Shown piece by piece: positions 1 to 8,641 of a DNA stretch of 64,000 nt. Numbering within the stretch: the stretch's first letter is position 1; every line of letters begins with the position of its first letter. Location of the stretch: the sequence record PV764938.1; one strand, written 5' to 3'. The translations under genes and the position numbers were made by a program. The notes under the pieces were generated by a model, which did not search any database, had not been told where the DNA came from, and saw only the letters and a list, made by a program, of their open reading frames with translations.

Positions 1-37
1 CCTATGTTAGGATTCAGGAAATTAATGGAGATCGAAC

Positions 38-625
38 ATGGCCAAGGCAATCAAGACGCTCACTGAAACGGAACTCGAAGCTGAACTCACCAAGATCAAC
101 ACTTCGATGGAAACCATCCGTGCTGAGATGGAGCCGTTGGAACGTCGCTGGAAGACCGCGGTCGATCGCAAGTCCAACCTGCAGAAGGCCCTCGCCGAAC
201 TCCGCAAGGACGACATCGGTTATATCATCAACGACATCAACGCCTACGATCAGTGGAAGGCAATGCTTCCGAAGCAGGCCTATGAGAACGGCTACTGGGG
301 CGATGAAATGCAGCAGGGCTTCAAGCTCATGTTCACCTACAAGGATGAACCGGGCCAGGATCTCATCGATTTCATCGGTCGCTATGAGGCTGTTGCCAAG
401 CGTATGCGGATGGGAATCTTCCGTTGGGACCTTTGCCGCAACGGCAGCTGGATTGTCGAAAAGATCGACGGCGAGTGGGTGATCTACGACGTCACCTCTT
501 ATCGTTATCGGAAGACAGTCGAATTCAAGACCAAGGATCTCGTTGAAATGCTCCGCTACGTTAGCGAGCACCACTACTACAAGGGTCCGCAGGACGACCG
601 CGAGGACGACGATGATCAGTATTGA
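38..625 (+). CDS. hypothetical phage protein with N-terminal coiled coil
   Basis: 195 aa ORF; GGAGATC RBS at 27-33; -10-like TAGGAT at 8-13. Confidence 0.75.
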   Translation: MAKAIKTLTETELEAELTKINTSMETIRAEMEPLERRWKTAVDRKSNLQKALAELRKDDIGYIINDINAYDQWKAMLPKQAYENGYWGDEMQQGFKLMFTYKDEPGQDLIDFIGRYEAVAKRMRMGIFRWDLCRNGSWIVEKIDGEWVIYDVTSYRYRKTVEFKTKDLVEMLRYVSEHHYYKGPQDDREDDDDQY

Positions 626-878
626 TTACAAAGTCAGCACGTACCAATACACAACTCCGTATCAGGACAAATATTGGTACCAAATCAAATTGAAACTCGA
701 CTCCAATGGATATTGGGATCGACGTGAAAGAATCAACGAGGAAGTAGAAGAGCTTCGTGACCGCGTTGAATCGATGGTCAAGGGTGAGGTGTTCACGGAA
801 CGTGAAACCTATACGGGCTCCATCTTGTTCATGTTCACGGACAAATCCGACTTTTTCCTCACCAAACTGATGGTCTAA
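612..878 (+). CDS. FKL-motif family small protein (divergent)
   Basis: In-frame ATG at 612 overlaps upstream stop; ends FMFTDKSDFFLTKLMV. Confidence 0.65.
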   Translation: MISIDYKVSTYQYTTPYQDKYWYQIKLKLDSNGYWDRRERINEEVEELRDRVESMVKGEVFTERETYTGSILFMFTDKSDFFLTKLMV

Positions 879-944
879 AACAGGAAGGGTTTCGGTTGAC
901 GCCCTTCCTATTCGTGCTATTGTTGGGATAACAAAGGAGCACAC

Positions 945-1181
945 ATGTCGGTTTGGACTTACAACCCCATCGAAGCACAGCGCGAAGTTGTTCGTCGTCA
1001 CGAAAACGAAGCCGCAATGCACCAGAAGGGTGTTGACTTTTACGCGGCAAAGCGTGGTCATCGCAACGCTGCAACCGCTGACAAGTTCCGTGCTCTTGTA
1101 AAGGCTCATCAGGGTTTGGCGCTCGAAGCTCGTGACAAACTCGCAGATATGATCGATGCGGAGGCAATGCGCAATGACTGA
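945..1181 (+). CDS. hypothetical protein
   Basis: 78 aa; AAGGAG RBS; promoter at 896. Confidence 0.7.
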   Translation: MSVWTYNPIEAQREVVRRHENEAAMHQKGVDFYAAKRGHRNAATADKFRALVKAHQGLALEARDKLADMIDAEAMRND

Positions 1182-1479
1182 ACAAACGGTTCGTGAATGG
1201 GTTGCATCGCATTGCAGCCACGGTACCAGCGAGTTCGATGATCAGATTGCCCGTTACGCGGACAAAAAGATCGTCAAGCATTTCGACGGCACTGTATTCG
1301 CGTTTCCACAGCCGCGTTATTCTTTCCGCAACGTGATGAACTGGGTTCTCCTCGAGGATGGTACCTCCGTCGGCTGGAACGAATCCGCGCGTAGTGGTTG
1401 GTCCTTCCCACGTTCCAGCAAAAAAGTCACCGCCCTTTATTTGGAAGCATTCCGCGCCAAGGGCAAATTGAAGGACTGA
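1174..1479 (+). CDS. hypothetical protein
   Basis: ATG at 1174 with GGAGG RBS, overlapping upstream stop. Confidence 0.7.
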   Translation: MTEQTVREWVASHCSHGTSEFDDQIARYADKKIVKHFDGTVFAFPQPRYSFRNVMNWVLLEDGTSVGWNESARSGWSFPRSSKKVTALYLEAFRAKGKLKD

Positions 1480-1481
1480 AC

Positions 1482-1832
1482 ATGTTTGCGAGCATCAATC
1501 GAGTAGGATTTGCAAGTGACAAACATCCGTCGGCGATCCGAACGGATGTGGTGATCTTCCTTCTCGAAGCTGGCTCCGACTTGTTCATTGAGCAGATAAA
1601 CTATCTGAGAGACATCCAGACGCTCGTCCTCGTGCAAAAAGAGCTGGTACGGTACGCAACTAAGCCCGACTATGATTTCAACTACATGAGCGGGACATTT
1701 CGTGTATTTGTGACCGACCGCGATCAAGCCATGCTGTTCAAGCTCAAGTTGCCGGCAAAGGTTCGCGCCGACACACAGATGTGGCTGGTCCCCGAGGACG
1801 ACAAAATGCGGGATCTTCTCCTGAATAAATAA
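1482..1832 (+). CDS. FKL-motif family small protein
   Basis: ATG at 1482 after AAGGA; contains VFVTDRDQAMLFKLKL. Confidence 0.75.
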   Translation: MFASINRVGFASDKHPSAIRTDVVIFLLEAGSDLFIEQINYLRDIQTLVLVQKELVRYATKPDYDFNYMSGTFRVFVTDRDQAMLFKLKLPAKVRADTQMWLVPEDDKMRDLLLNK

Positions 1833-1871
1833 TTGACACAATCGGATATTACCTGTTAATGTCCAATTAAT

Positions 1872-1948
1872 GCGCGTATAGCTCAGTTGGTTAGAGCACT
1901 CCGCTGATAACGGAGAGGTCGAAAGTTCGAGTCTTTCTCCGCGCACCA
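1872..1948 (+). tRNA. tRNA-Ile(GAU)
   Basis: Cloverleaf; anticodon arm CTCCG-CTGATAA-CGGAG; GTTCGA T loop; encoded CCA. Confidence 0.95.
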
Positions 1949-2004
1949 TCTTCCTAAAATTCTAATTTATTGACGTTTGCAAACCAGAGTTGCTACTCTG
2001 GCTA

Positions 2005-2805
2005 ATGCTTAAAAATAATAACAATAATCAATACATTAGAGCATTTTCTCAAGCAGAAACACAACAGGCTCAAACGCTTCTCGAACAGTTGGTCCTTGCG
2101 AAACAAGGAGCCAAGATTGAAGAAGCTGACTGGTCTTCCCTGTATTGCGATGTGATTGGTGCCCCTCGACAAAAGCTCAGCAACCTTCCGTTTCGTGATT
2201 TCAACCACGATGGCGTGGGTGTAGAGTTCAAGTTCATGTCGCGTAAATCGCCGATCTCGGATGTGGGTAAATCAATCATGCACCCATCGGCAACTCGGAC
2301 AATCTCGTTCGATGAGAACGACACAGCAGAGAATGCCAAGAATATGGTTCTCTCACAGTGGGCAAAGCAGATTGAAGGATTTGCTGAACGAGTGTCTGCG
2401 GGTTCCTCTGACGGTAGTTATGATTTGCGCTGGGGTATTCTGTTGTGGGCTGCCGATCACAGTGAGTTCCTGTATTTTGAGGAACGTATCGAAGAGCCAG
2501 ATCCTTCACAATATGAAGGCAGATGGGTTCTATCGTCGAGTCGTGGTCAAACCAGCCGCAACCTTCATATCTTCGAGAAGGCTTCTGGTGAGAAGAAATT
2601 CTCCTGCACTTTGCCACGTAACGGAGCTAAACTTCAGCCGTATTTTCGTGTTCCGACTCTAGCTGAAGGGGCCATTCATTTTAAGGTTGCCCCTACGGAT
2701 TTGGTTCCCATCTACGTGAGTAAACCGATGAGCGAACGGCTTGTTCAGTTGTTTCCGAACCTCAACAGCAACGATGCAATTGATTTCTTGATAAATAGCA
2801 TGTAG
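2005..2805 (+). CDS. putative PD-(D/E)xK restriction-endonuclease-like nuclease
   Basis: 266 aa; E...D-FNHDGVGV-E-F-K spacing typical of PD-(D/E)xK catalytic motifs; own promoter at 1970-1999; no RBS; sits between two tRNAs. Confidence 0.45.
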   Translation: MLKNNNNNQYIRAFSQAETQQAQTLLEQLVLAKQGAKIEEADWSSLYCDVIGAPRQKLSNLPFRDFNHDGVGVEFKFMSRKSPISDVGKSIMHPSATRTISFDENDTAENAKNMVLSQWAKQIEGFAERVSAGSSDGSYDLRWGILLWAADHSEFLYFEERIEEPDPSQYEGRWVLSSSRGQTSRNLHIFEKASGEKKFSCTLPRNGAKLQPYFRVPTLAEGAIHFKVAPTDLVPIYVSKPMSERLVQLFPNLNSNDAIDFLINSM

Positions 2806-2820
2806 ACAAACTATGTGAAT

Positions 2821-2895
2821 GCTCCCGTAGTTTAATGGATAGATCGACTCTCTCCTAAAGAGTAGGTCCGGGTTCGATTCCCGGCTGGAGCACCA
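2821..2895 (+). tRNA. tRNA-Arg(CCU)
   Basis: Cloverleaf; ACTCT-CTCCTAA-AGAGT anticodon arm; encoded CCA. Confidence 0.93.
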
Positions 2896-3189
2896 ATGTT
2901 ACAACTCACCGATCTCCAAAAAGGTTTGATTGCTTACCACGTTGGTAAGCCGCTTCGTTACGATCATTCGATGCGAGTCCAGTGGCTTGCTAAGAATGGT
3001 ATGTACGGAAGCATCAGTGAGCTTCGTGAGAACCAAGCCCAACGCAATGATATTCTGGATTGGTGTTACCAAGAGTTCGGAAAAGTGTCCAAAGGTCGAT
3101 GGGGTTGGATCACACTGGGTGATTGGCTCTTCGATGTCGGTTTCAACAGCAAAGCCGACATGATGCTCTTTAAGCTCCGCTGGTCTTGA
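2896..3189 (+). CDS. FKL-motif family small protein
   Basis: Ends VGFNSKADMMLFKLRWS; ATG directly follows tRNA CCA. Confidence 0.75.
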   Translation: MLQLTDLQKGLIAYHVGKPLRYDHSMRVQWLAKNGMYGSISELRENQAQRNDILDWCYQEFGKVSKGRWGWITLGDWLFDVGFNSKADMMLFKLRWS

Positions 3190-3237
3190 CTCCTTGTCTG
3201 TTCCTGCTATACCAGGGCAAAATTAAGGAGAGGATCC

Positions 3238-3426
3238 ATGACACTGAAAACCACCTATTTGCTCATTGCATTTCTCGTCGTCGCCGGCTTTGCTGGTTTC
3301 GTAATGAAGCCCGCGGTTTCAACCGAAGTGAACACCCCATTTAAGGAAGTCAAACTGCTGAAGACTTCGCGTGTGGCTGTTCCGCCGATGTCCGATGAGA
3401 TGCGCAGCCGCCTGTTTGCGAACTAA
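3238..3426 (+). CDS. small membrane/secreted protein
   Basis: Hydrophobic N-terminus; AAGGAGAGG RBS; promoter at 3186. Confidence 0.7.
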   Translation: MTLKTTYLLIAFLVVAGFAGFVMKPAVSTEVNTPFKEVKLLKTSRVAVPPMSDEMRSRLFAN

Positions 3427-3701
3427 TGTCGTTCATCATTCCATCCGATGAGCTCGTTTGTATCGCCGTGTTCAAGAAGGTTCGCGGCGGTATCAACGAG
3501 ATCAAGGCATTCTACAACACTATCCTGTATCACAGTTTCACTTATACGAATCGTGTCGATCTGGAGCTTATTGCGCAGACTCACTTCTACTTTACGTACA
3601 ATCCGGAACGGCATTTTGTCATGGGATTCAGTGACATAAAGACGTTCATGGTGCTCAAACTTGCGTATCCAGAGCTTATTGTGGATGTTTGGTACAAATA
3701 A
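3426..3701 (+). CDS. FKL-motif family small protein (divergent)
   Basis: TAATG coupling; contains GFSDIKTFMVLKLAY. Confidence 0.65.
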   Translation: MSFIIPSDELVCIAVFKKVRGGINEIKAFYNTILYHSFTYTNRVDLELIAQTHFYFTYNPERHFVMGFSDIKTFMVLKLAYPELIVDVWYK

Positions 3702-3744
3702 GGTTGACTCCCAAGACAGACGTAAATAAAGTACAAATACATAT

Positions 3745-3820
3745 GGTGGTCGTAGTGTAGCGGTTAGCACACCAGACTGTGACTCTGTTAGGGCGGGTTC
3801 AAATCCCGTCGATCACCCCA
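3745..3820 (+). tRNA. tRNA-His(GUG) with encoded G-1 and C73
   Basis: 8-bp acceptor G-GTGGTCG / CGATCAC-C-CCA; anticodon loop CT-GTG-AC; GGTTCAAATCC T arm. Confidence 0.93.
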
Positions 3821-3840
3821 AAACAACGCGGAACCCTACG

Positions 3841-4029
3841 ATGGTCAAAACTATTGTCATAGTTCTCGTGTATACTCTGACTTCTCCAGAAGGGAAGACA
3901 GTTGAAAACTTGGCGCTTTACGATAATTGGGATGATTGTCGAGTAAATGAGCGTCGGGTCGAAAATACATTCAAGGTTCCCGCATCTTGTTGGGACTTTG
4001 ATGAATACTACCAAGCAAGAACCCGCTAA
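3841..4029 (+). CDS. small hypothetical protein
   Basis: 62 aa ORF between tRNA-His and HisRS-like gene. Confidence 0.55.
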   Translation: MVKTIVIVLVYTLTSPEGKTVENLALYDNWDDCRVNERRVENTFKVPASCWDFDEYYQARTR

Positions 4030-4043
4030 CCAAGGAGGCGAAT

Positions 4044-4686
4044 ATGCTACGCGGAACTCGTGTAATTTCTGGCAACGAAGCTAGAGCGTATACCAATGCA
4101 ATCGACACCCTCCGAGGTTGTCTTCATCGAAGCTGATTACGAAGAAGTAATTCTGCCGTCTATCTGGGAACAGCAGACGTTCATCGATAAAGCTGGCCCG
4201 GAAATCATCAATCAAATGTGGGCTTTTGCGGATAAGGGCGGACGCGATGTCTGCTTGATTCCCGAAGTCACTGGGCTCGTACAAGAGCTCTGGCGTAACG
4301 AATGGTCCAAGGCCAAGAAAGCACGCCGAATCTTTTATGTGAACCGTTGCTACCGATACGAACGGCCACAAGCTGGTCGTTACAGAGAGTTTACCCAGTT
4401 TGGTGTAGAACTCCTTGGTGGTGATTCGACTACAGATCGTCAAGAAGTAATCGATTTGCTCGACAATTGTTTGAAGCGTATTCCGAATCTCTCCTATGAG
4501 TTTTCGGATGGTGTAAAGCGCGGGCTGTCCTATTATACCGAAGATGGTTTTGAAGTAGAATGTTCGCAGCTTGGCGCGCAAAAGCAGATCGCTGGTGGCG
4601 GTCGTTACGCGGAGGGGATCGGTTGGGCGATCGGAGTGGATCGCCTGATTCTAGCAGCCGAATCAACTACGAGCACGAAGACATAA
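4044..4686 (+). CDS. hisS: minimal histidyl-tRNA synthetase (catalytic core only) with +1 frameshift near 4113-4120
   Basis: AAGGAGG RBS before ATG 4044; frame 1 gives MLRGTRV...DTLR, frame 2 continues VFIEADYEEVILP; motif 2 YRYERPQAGRYREFTQ, RGLSYY, GGGRY, motif 3 GWAIGVDRL; no C-terminal anticodon-binding domain. Confidence 0.85.
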
Positions 4687-5084
4687 CTGTTCAACAGCGG
4701 GTAGCCGAGAAGCTTGCGTTTCTCGGCTATTCTATTGTCTACGTGGATGTCACTGGATTTCATGAACTCTGCCGGTTTTATGAACCTTCCCATATGAGCA
4801 GCATGAATACCTACGGGTTTCTCTGCCTTGAGGAAATGGTTTGGTTTGCGCAGGATTTCGTGTCGGTACTCCGACGAAATTCCCATGAGAACGAACACTT
4901 CCTGGGAATCAAGAACGCATACGGCGAAATCCTTCACGTCGATGAGTTCGGATTAGAGTTTGCGTACTCTTCCTATTATCCGGTGGACCCGTATAGCCCT
5001 GAGCTAGAACTTTGGTTGACAGCGCATCGTAAGCTGTTAGAAGCGCAGGGAAAAGGAATCGAAGATGCAAAAACTCACCCTTAA
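4560..5084 (+). CDS. hypothetical protein (true start probably near 4683)
   Basis: Open frame fills the gap between hisS and the next gene; start unresolved. Confidence 0.5.
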   Translation: MFAAWRAKADRWWRSLRGGDRLGDRSGSPDSSSRINYEHEDITVQQRVAEKLAFLGYSIVYVDVTGFHELCRFYEPSHMSSMNTYGFLCLEEMVWFAQDFVSVLRRNSHENEHFLGIKNAYGEILHVDEFGLEFAYSSYYPVDPYSPELELWLTAHRKLLEAQGKGIEDAKTHP

Positions 5085-5310
5085 AATTGAATATTTTGAT
5101 GGCTCCCACGGGCTGCTCGAACAGTTCTTCGAACGCCAATGGGTTCTCGATCATGCACTGGCTGAACTCGCACTGTTTGGTTTTGTCAGTATCGTTGAGA
5201 TCCAGACAATCGGGCCCATCGAAGTTAAGGTCGCCGAACACGCACAGGATGTTTTGGTTGCCCTGAAGGAAGCGATCGAATCTCATATCGAAATGAGTGC
5301 AGCAGCATGA
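5065..5310 (+). CDS. hypothetical protein
   Basis: 81 aa; overlaps neighbours in operon style. Confidence 0.6.
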   Translation: MQKLTLKIEYFDGSHGLLEQFFERQWVLDHALAELALFGFVSIVEIQTIGPIEVKVAEHAQDVLVALKEAIESHIEMSAAA

Positions 5311-5600
5311 GCTTTAAGATCACTGAATTTGGACGGCGCACCGACAAGTTCCGCTTTGGTGCAGAAATTATTCTCCCAATGCGTTGGTCCGAAACTCTCA
5401 GTTTCTCCTGCATTAATGCGTTGGATTTATGGTGCGTTAAGGAATTTGGTGGTTACCAAAAGCATTGGGTCGGATTGGGAATGCGCAAAGATAAACCTAG
5501 AGGTCGTACCTGGACCGGTGCATTCACTACGTTGGAGCAACGTACAAAATTCCTATCCGAGGCCAAAAATGTCATCCTCGTGACTAGGTTGACATCCTGA
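5307..5600 (+). CDS. possible divergent FKL-family protein
   Basis: ATGA coupling; LDLWCVKEFG...GAFTTLEQRTKFL resembles the family layout. Confidence 0.6.
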   Translation: MSFKITEFGRRTDKFRFGAEIILPMRWSETLSFSCINALDLWCVKEFGGYQKHWVGLGMRKDKPRGRTWTGAFTTLEQRTKFLSEAKNVILVTRLTS

Positions 5601-5639
5601 GTTCCTGTTGTTAGTATTCAGGAAATAAAGGAGAAACAA

Positions 5640-5750
5640 ATGAACAGCATCGAATTCAGTTTTCCGTTCCCTTGGGTCGCTGGCTCGGAATTTGCCAACG
5701 CCGTCGTCTACACGGGCCTTCTGATGATCCTCGAGGTTATGGCGCGTTGA
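5640..5750 (+). CDS. 36 aa hydrophobic peptide (not in ORF track)
   Basis: AAGGAG RBS, ATG 5640, MNSIEFSFPFPWVAGSEFANAVVYTGLLMILEVMAR; promoter at 5589. Confidence 0.6.
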   Translation: MNSIEFSFPFPWVAGSEFANAVVYTGLLMILEVMAR

Positions 5751-6043
5751 TTACCGAAGCTGTCCGCTTCAACTATCAATGGCTGCTCAAGTACGAGCAC
5801 TTCCAGTTTGAAGCTGGATGCCGCGACTATACGCACCACATCATCCTGTTTGACCCCAATAATGAGATCCTCAAGATCGAGCTAAGGCGTCTCAAAGAGG
5901 ACACGGCGTCGTTCGTTCGGTTGCTTCAAAACAATGGACTCATCAAATGGGTGCGTTGGGAGGATGGTGCTCATCCGGCTTTCTCGTTCGTCGACAAAGC
6001 CGACGCAATGATGTTCAAATTGATTTACAACGCTGCTAAATAG
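5747..6043 (+). CDS. FKL-motif family small protein
   Basis: TTG start overlaps upstream stop, GAGG RBS; FSFVDKADAMMFKLIY. Confidence 0.7.
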   Translation: MITEAVRFNYQWLLKYEHFQFEAGCRDYTHHIILFDPNNEILKIELRRLKEDTASFVRLLQNNGLIKWVRWEDGAHPAFSFVDKADAMMFKLIYNAAK

Positions 6044-6068
6044 TTGAAATCATTGAAAGGTTACTACC

Positions 6069-6455
6069 ATGCGTTTGGATGAAATCAACAATCACGGCGA
6101 CGAACAGTATTACGCCGCAGTCGGTGCAAAACTTGCGGAACTCCTGGGTGTTCAGCTACAACTCGCAGACATCAAGACGGGTTCCGGAAAAAGTTCCAGC
6201 AACTACCGTAAGGTCATCTATAAGGGCCGTGCAGAAGCTGGTGAATTTCTTCTCACCATTCGTCAGCGTTGGGAGTTTGATCAGTCTCCGACAAAGCCAT
6301 ACACGGACATCAACATCACCGACAATAATGAGATCGGCAATGGTTCCATTGATTTCGGGCGCGTTGCATTCTGGAATGATGATCCGCAGGGATATGCGGA
6401 AGATCTTGCCCGCAGCCCAAGAATTATAGAAATGATCGATTATTTGTTCGAATAA
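6069..6455 (+). CDS. hypothetical protein (possibly late)
   Basis: 128 aa; GAAAGG RBS; TAAATA at 6037-6042. Confidence 0.65.
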   Translation: MRLDEINNHGDEQYYAAVGAKLAELLGVQLQLADIKTGSGKSSSNYRKVIYKGRAEAGEFLLTIRQRWEFDQSPTKPYTDINITDNNEIGNGSIDFGRVAFWNDDPQGYAEDLARSPRIIEMIDYLFE

Positions 6456-6490
6456 GGCATTCTTTTATTGCGAAGTGGGTGCCAATAAAG

Positions 6491-6498
6491 TATAAATA
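6491..6498 (+). promoter_or_regulatory. T4-like late promoter TATAAATA
   Basis: Exact T4 late consensus upstream of tRNA-Pro; also exact at 20207, 26190 and 26379. Confidence 0.7.
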
Positions 6499-6528
6499 AA
6501 AACATAACGGAACAGGAAACTGTTTCAT

Positions 6529-6605
<77 letters not shown>

Positions 6606-6607
6606 AT

Positions 6608-6632
6608 AAAGCCGTCCTTCGGGGCGGCTTTT
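6608..6632 (+). terminator. intrinsic terminator
   Basis: GCCGTCC-TTCG-GGGCGGC-TTTT. Confidence 0.9.
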
Positions 6633-6672
6633 CCATACTTGACTTCCTGGTACTCTATGTTAGAATAACGCC

Positions 6673-6957
6673 ATGGAAACCTTAAGCGTCAACTACCGTC
6701 ACGATCCCTATGTCTATAAGACCCATCCGCATGTTGTGGGGCTCGAGGTAAACTTCTACAAGATCGGAAACGAGGAAACGATTCGCACAGTTGTTCGCGG
6801 TCGAAAGTTTCTCTCCGACAAAACGGTTCAAGCGGAAGCCTGGCTAATTCGGCAGGGCTACGATTACAAGGTCGAGGTGAAAGCTAACAGCGAAATCAGA
6901 AAGTTCCTGTTCGCGAATAAGGCCGAAGCAATGCTATTCAAATTGGCGATCACATGA
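6673..6957 (+). CDS. FKL-motif family small protein
   Basis: Ends FLFANKAEAMLFKLAIT. Confidence 0.8.
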   Translation: METLSVNYRHDPYVYKTHPHVVGLEVNFYKIGNEETIRTVVRGRKFLSDKTVQAEAWLIRQGYDYKVEVKANSEIRKFLFANKAEAMLFKLAIT

Positions 6958-7241
6958 GCCCGATAGAATTCCATTTCGATTACGAAGAGGTGACCCTGGC
7001 CTATCCTAGGTTCCCCCATCGTATCACTGTCTGGTTCGATGAAGACAAATTCAGTGGCCGACACTATGAGGCAATCAAAGCACTCGAGGGGTTGCGTGAC
7101 CGGATCAGGGACTGGCTGCAAGAGCATATTCGTGAGCAAGGTTCTGATTACGTTATAAATCTGGATCGCCATGGTGCCGTTGATTGGTACTATTTTGAGA
7201 CCAAAGCCCACGCCATGCTGTTTAAGGTTGCTATGTCATGA
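6954..7241 (+). CDS. FKL-motif family small protein
   Basis: ATGA coupling; ends YYFETKAHAMLFKVAMS. Confidence 0.8.
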   Translation: MSPIEFHFDYEEVTLAYPRFPHRITVWFDEDKFSGRHYEAIKALEGLRDRIRDWLQEHIREQGSDYVINLDRHGAVDWYYFETKAHAMLFKVAMS

Positions 7242-7525
7242 GCTACAAATGCGATTACGTGTTCAAGCCAAATGGTGAACCGCCTGTTATCAACGGATAT
7301 AATCACTTCATCGAGATTGAATTCCAGCATCCGATGCTCACACAAGCCAATGTCATCATGGGCGAAGTTGAGAAGTTCGTCAAGGATACAGTGGAGTGTC
7401 AACGCCTAGCCGAGGCATATTTGAGAGAGAATAAGATCAAGTATAAATTCTTTGACGGAGTGACCTATCGCTGGGCTTTCCGCAACAAGATCGATGCAAT
7501 GCGTTTCAAGCTTATGATGTCTTAA
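7238..7525 (+). CDS. FKL-motif family small protein
   Basis: ATGA coupling; ends WAFRNKIDAMRFKLMMS. Confidence 0.8.
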   Translation: MSYKCDYVFKPNGEPPVINGYNHFIEIEFQHPMLTQANVIMGEVEKFVKDTVECQRLAEAYLRENKIKYKFFDGVTYRWAFRNKIDAMRFKLMMS

Positions 7526-7863
7526 TGGTTCCTTTTGTTGATTTTGGGGATGACATGGACTCTCCTCACGTGAGTTTCAAATACTTCGTAAACTCTCTCC
7601 GTCAGATCGGTGCGAGTTCAGTCGACCTATGGTGGAATCGTCCTCCATTCTTGTCCAAGGATCCCGCTGATCACCTGAAGGATCAGAAGAACGAGATCTA
7701 CGAATGGTTACACCAGACCTATGGCGATCATCAAGGCAATTACGTGGTCAGGGAAATCCATCCACACGAGTGGACCATTTACTTCCTAAACGACGACAAC
7801 AACGGAAAGCTCATCTTGTTCAAGCTGCAATGGGGCGACTCCTACAATTGGCCCGAAGCTTGA
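7525..7863 (+). CDS. FKL-motif family small protein
   Basis: TAATG coupling; IYFLNDDNNGKLILFKLQWG. Confidence 0.75.
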   Translation: MVPFVDFGDDMDSPHVSFKYFVNSLRQIGASSVDLWWNRPPFLSKDPADHLKDQKNEIYEWLHQTYGDHQGNYVVREIHPHEWTIYFLNDDNNGKLILFKLQWGDSYNWPEA

Positions 7864-7912
7864 CAAATTGGAAACTCCTGTTATGGTGAGGAAAACCAAC
7901 AGGAGATCGTCA

Positions 7913-8065
7913 ATGTCTAAGCTCGCCCTCGCCCGTCAGTCGGCTCGTATTTTCCGCAATGCCGGCGAAACCCAGGCACAGTCGCTGGTCCGGATCCTCA
8001 AGATCAATCGGGCTCCGGCTCACGTAATCAGGGCGGCCGAAGCCAAGGCCAAGACACCGGCGTGA
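7913..8065 (+). CDS. small basic protein
   Basis: GGAGATC RBS; promoter at 7860; Arg/Ala-rich 50 aa. Confidence 0.7.
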   Translation: MSKLALARQSARIFRNAGETQAQSLVRILKINRAPAHVIRAAEAKAKTPA

Positions 8066-8343
8066 AACCCTACACGCTCAAGTACCAACTCACATCGATG
8101 CCTTTCGGTAAAGACAGCGTTCATTCGATTGTCTTGAACTGGACTGCTGATTTCTTCTTTGATCGCAACAATGAGCTCAAAGAAGATGAAATGGTCGAGA
8201 TCCGAAAGAAGATGCTGAACTGGTGCACTGACAACATCGGTAAACATGGAACCGATTGGTTCCACGATGTTTTCAGCAGAGGCATCGTCATCCACTTCAA
8301 ACTTCGCCCCGACGCGATGATATTCAAATTGGCATGGTCGTAA
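8062..8343 (+). CDS. FKL-motif family small protein
   Basis: GTGA coupling; LNWCTDNIG...IHFKLRPDAMIFKLAWS. Confidence 0.8.
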   Translation: MKPYTLKYQLTSMPFGKDSVHSIVLNWTADFFFDRNNELKEDEMVEIRKKMLNWCTDNIGKHGTDWFHDVFSRGIVIHFKLRPDAMIFKLAWS

Positions 8344-8597
8344 AAATCGATTGCAACGAGGGTCTCGTCCACGGCATTCAACGACACCGTTGTATCGTGC
8401 AGTGGTACGACTACATGGGCCATACCTGGAACTATGAGGAAGATCGCGCTCGCGGTGTTGCTGAGATGAAGAAGTGGTGCACTGACAATTTTGGTATCAT
8501 CAGTTGGAAGTGGCACCTCGTTGAAGTCTTTAAGTTTTCCATGTTCGCGTTTGACCATAAAGGTCATGCCATGATGTTCAAGCTCCGTTTCGGTTGA
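8334..8597 (+). CDS. FKL-motif family small protein
   Basis: KKWCTDNFG...FAFDHKGHAMMFKLRFG. Confidence 0.8.
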   Translation: MVVKIDCNEGLVHGIQRHRCIVQWYDYMGHTWNYEEDRARGVAEMKKWCTDNFGIISWKWHLVEVFKFSMFAFDHKGHAMMFKLRFG

Positions 8598-8641
8598 TTT
8601 TTCTGGTATTCCCAAGTAAAAGGAAATCAAAGGAGATCACA

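Noticed and set aside
4096-4686. HisZ (ATP-phosphoribosyltransferase regulatory subunit)
   Set aside because: The protein keeps RGLxYY, GGGRY and full motifs 2 and 3, lies beside tRNA-His, and no hisG is present. Not excluded biochemically.
4560-4686. ORF-track start of the gene after hisS
   Set aside because: It overlaps hisS by more than 120 nt without an RBS; the real start is probably near 4683 and is unresolved.
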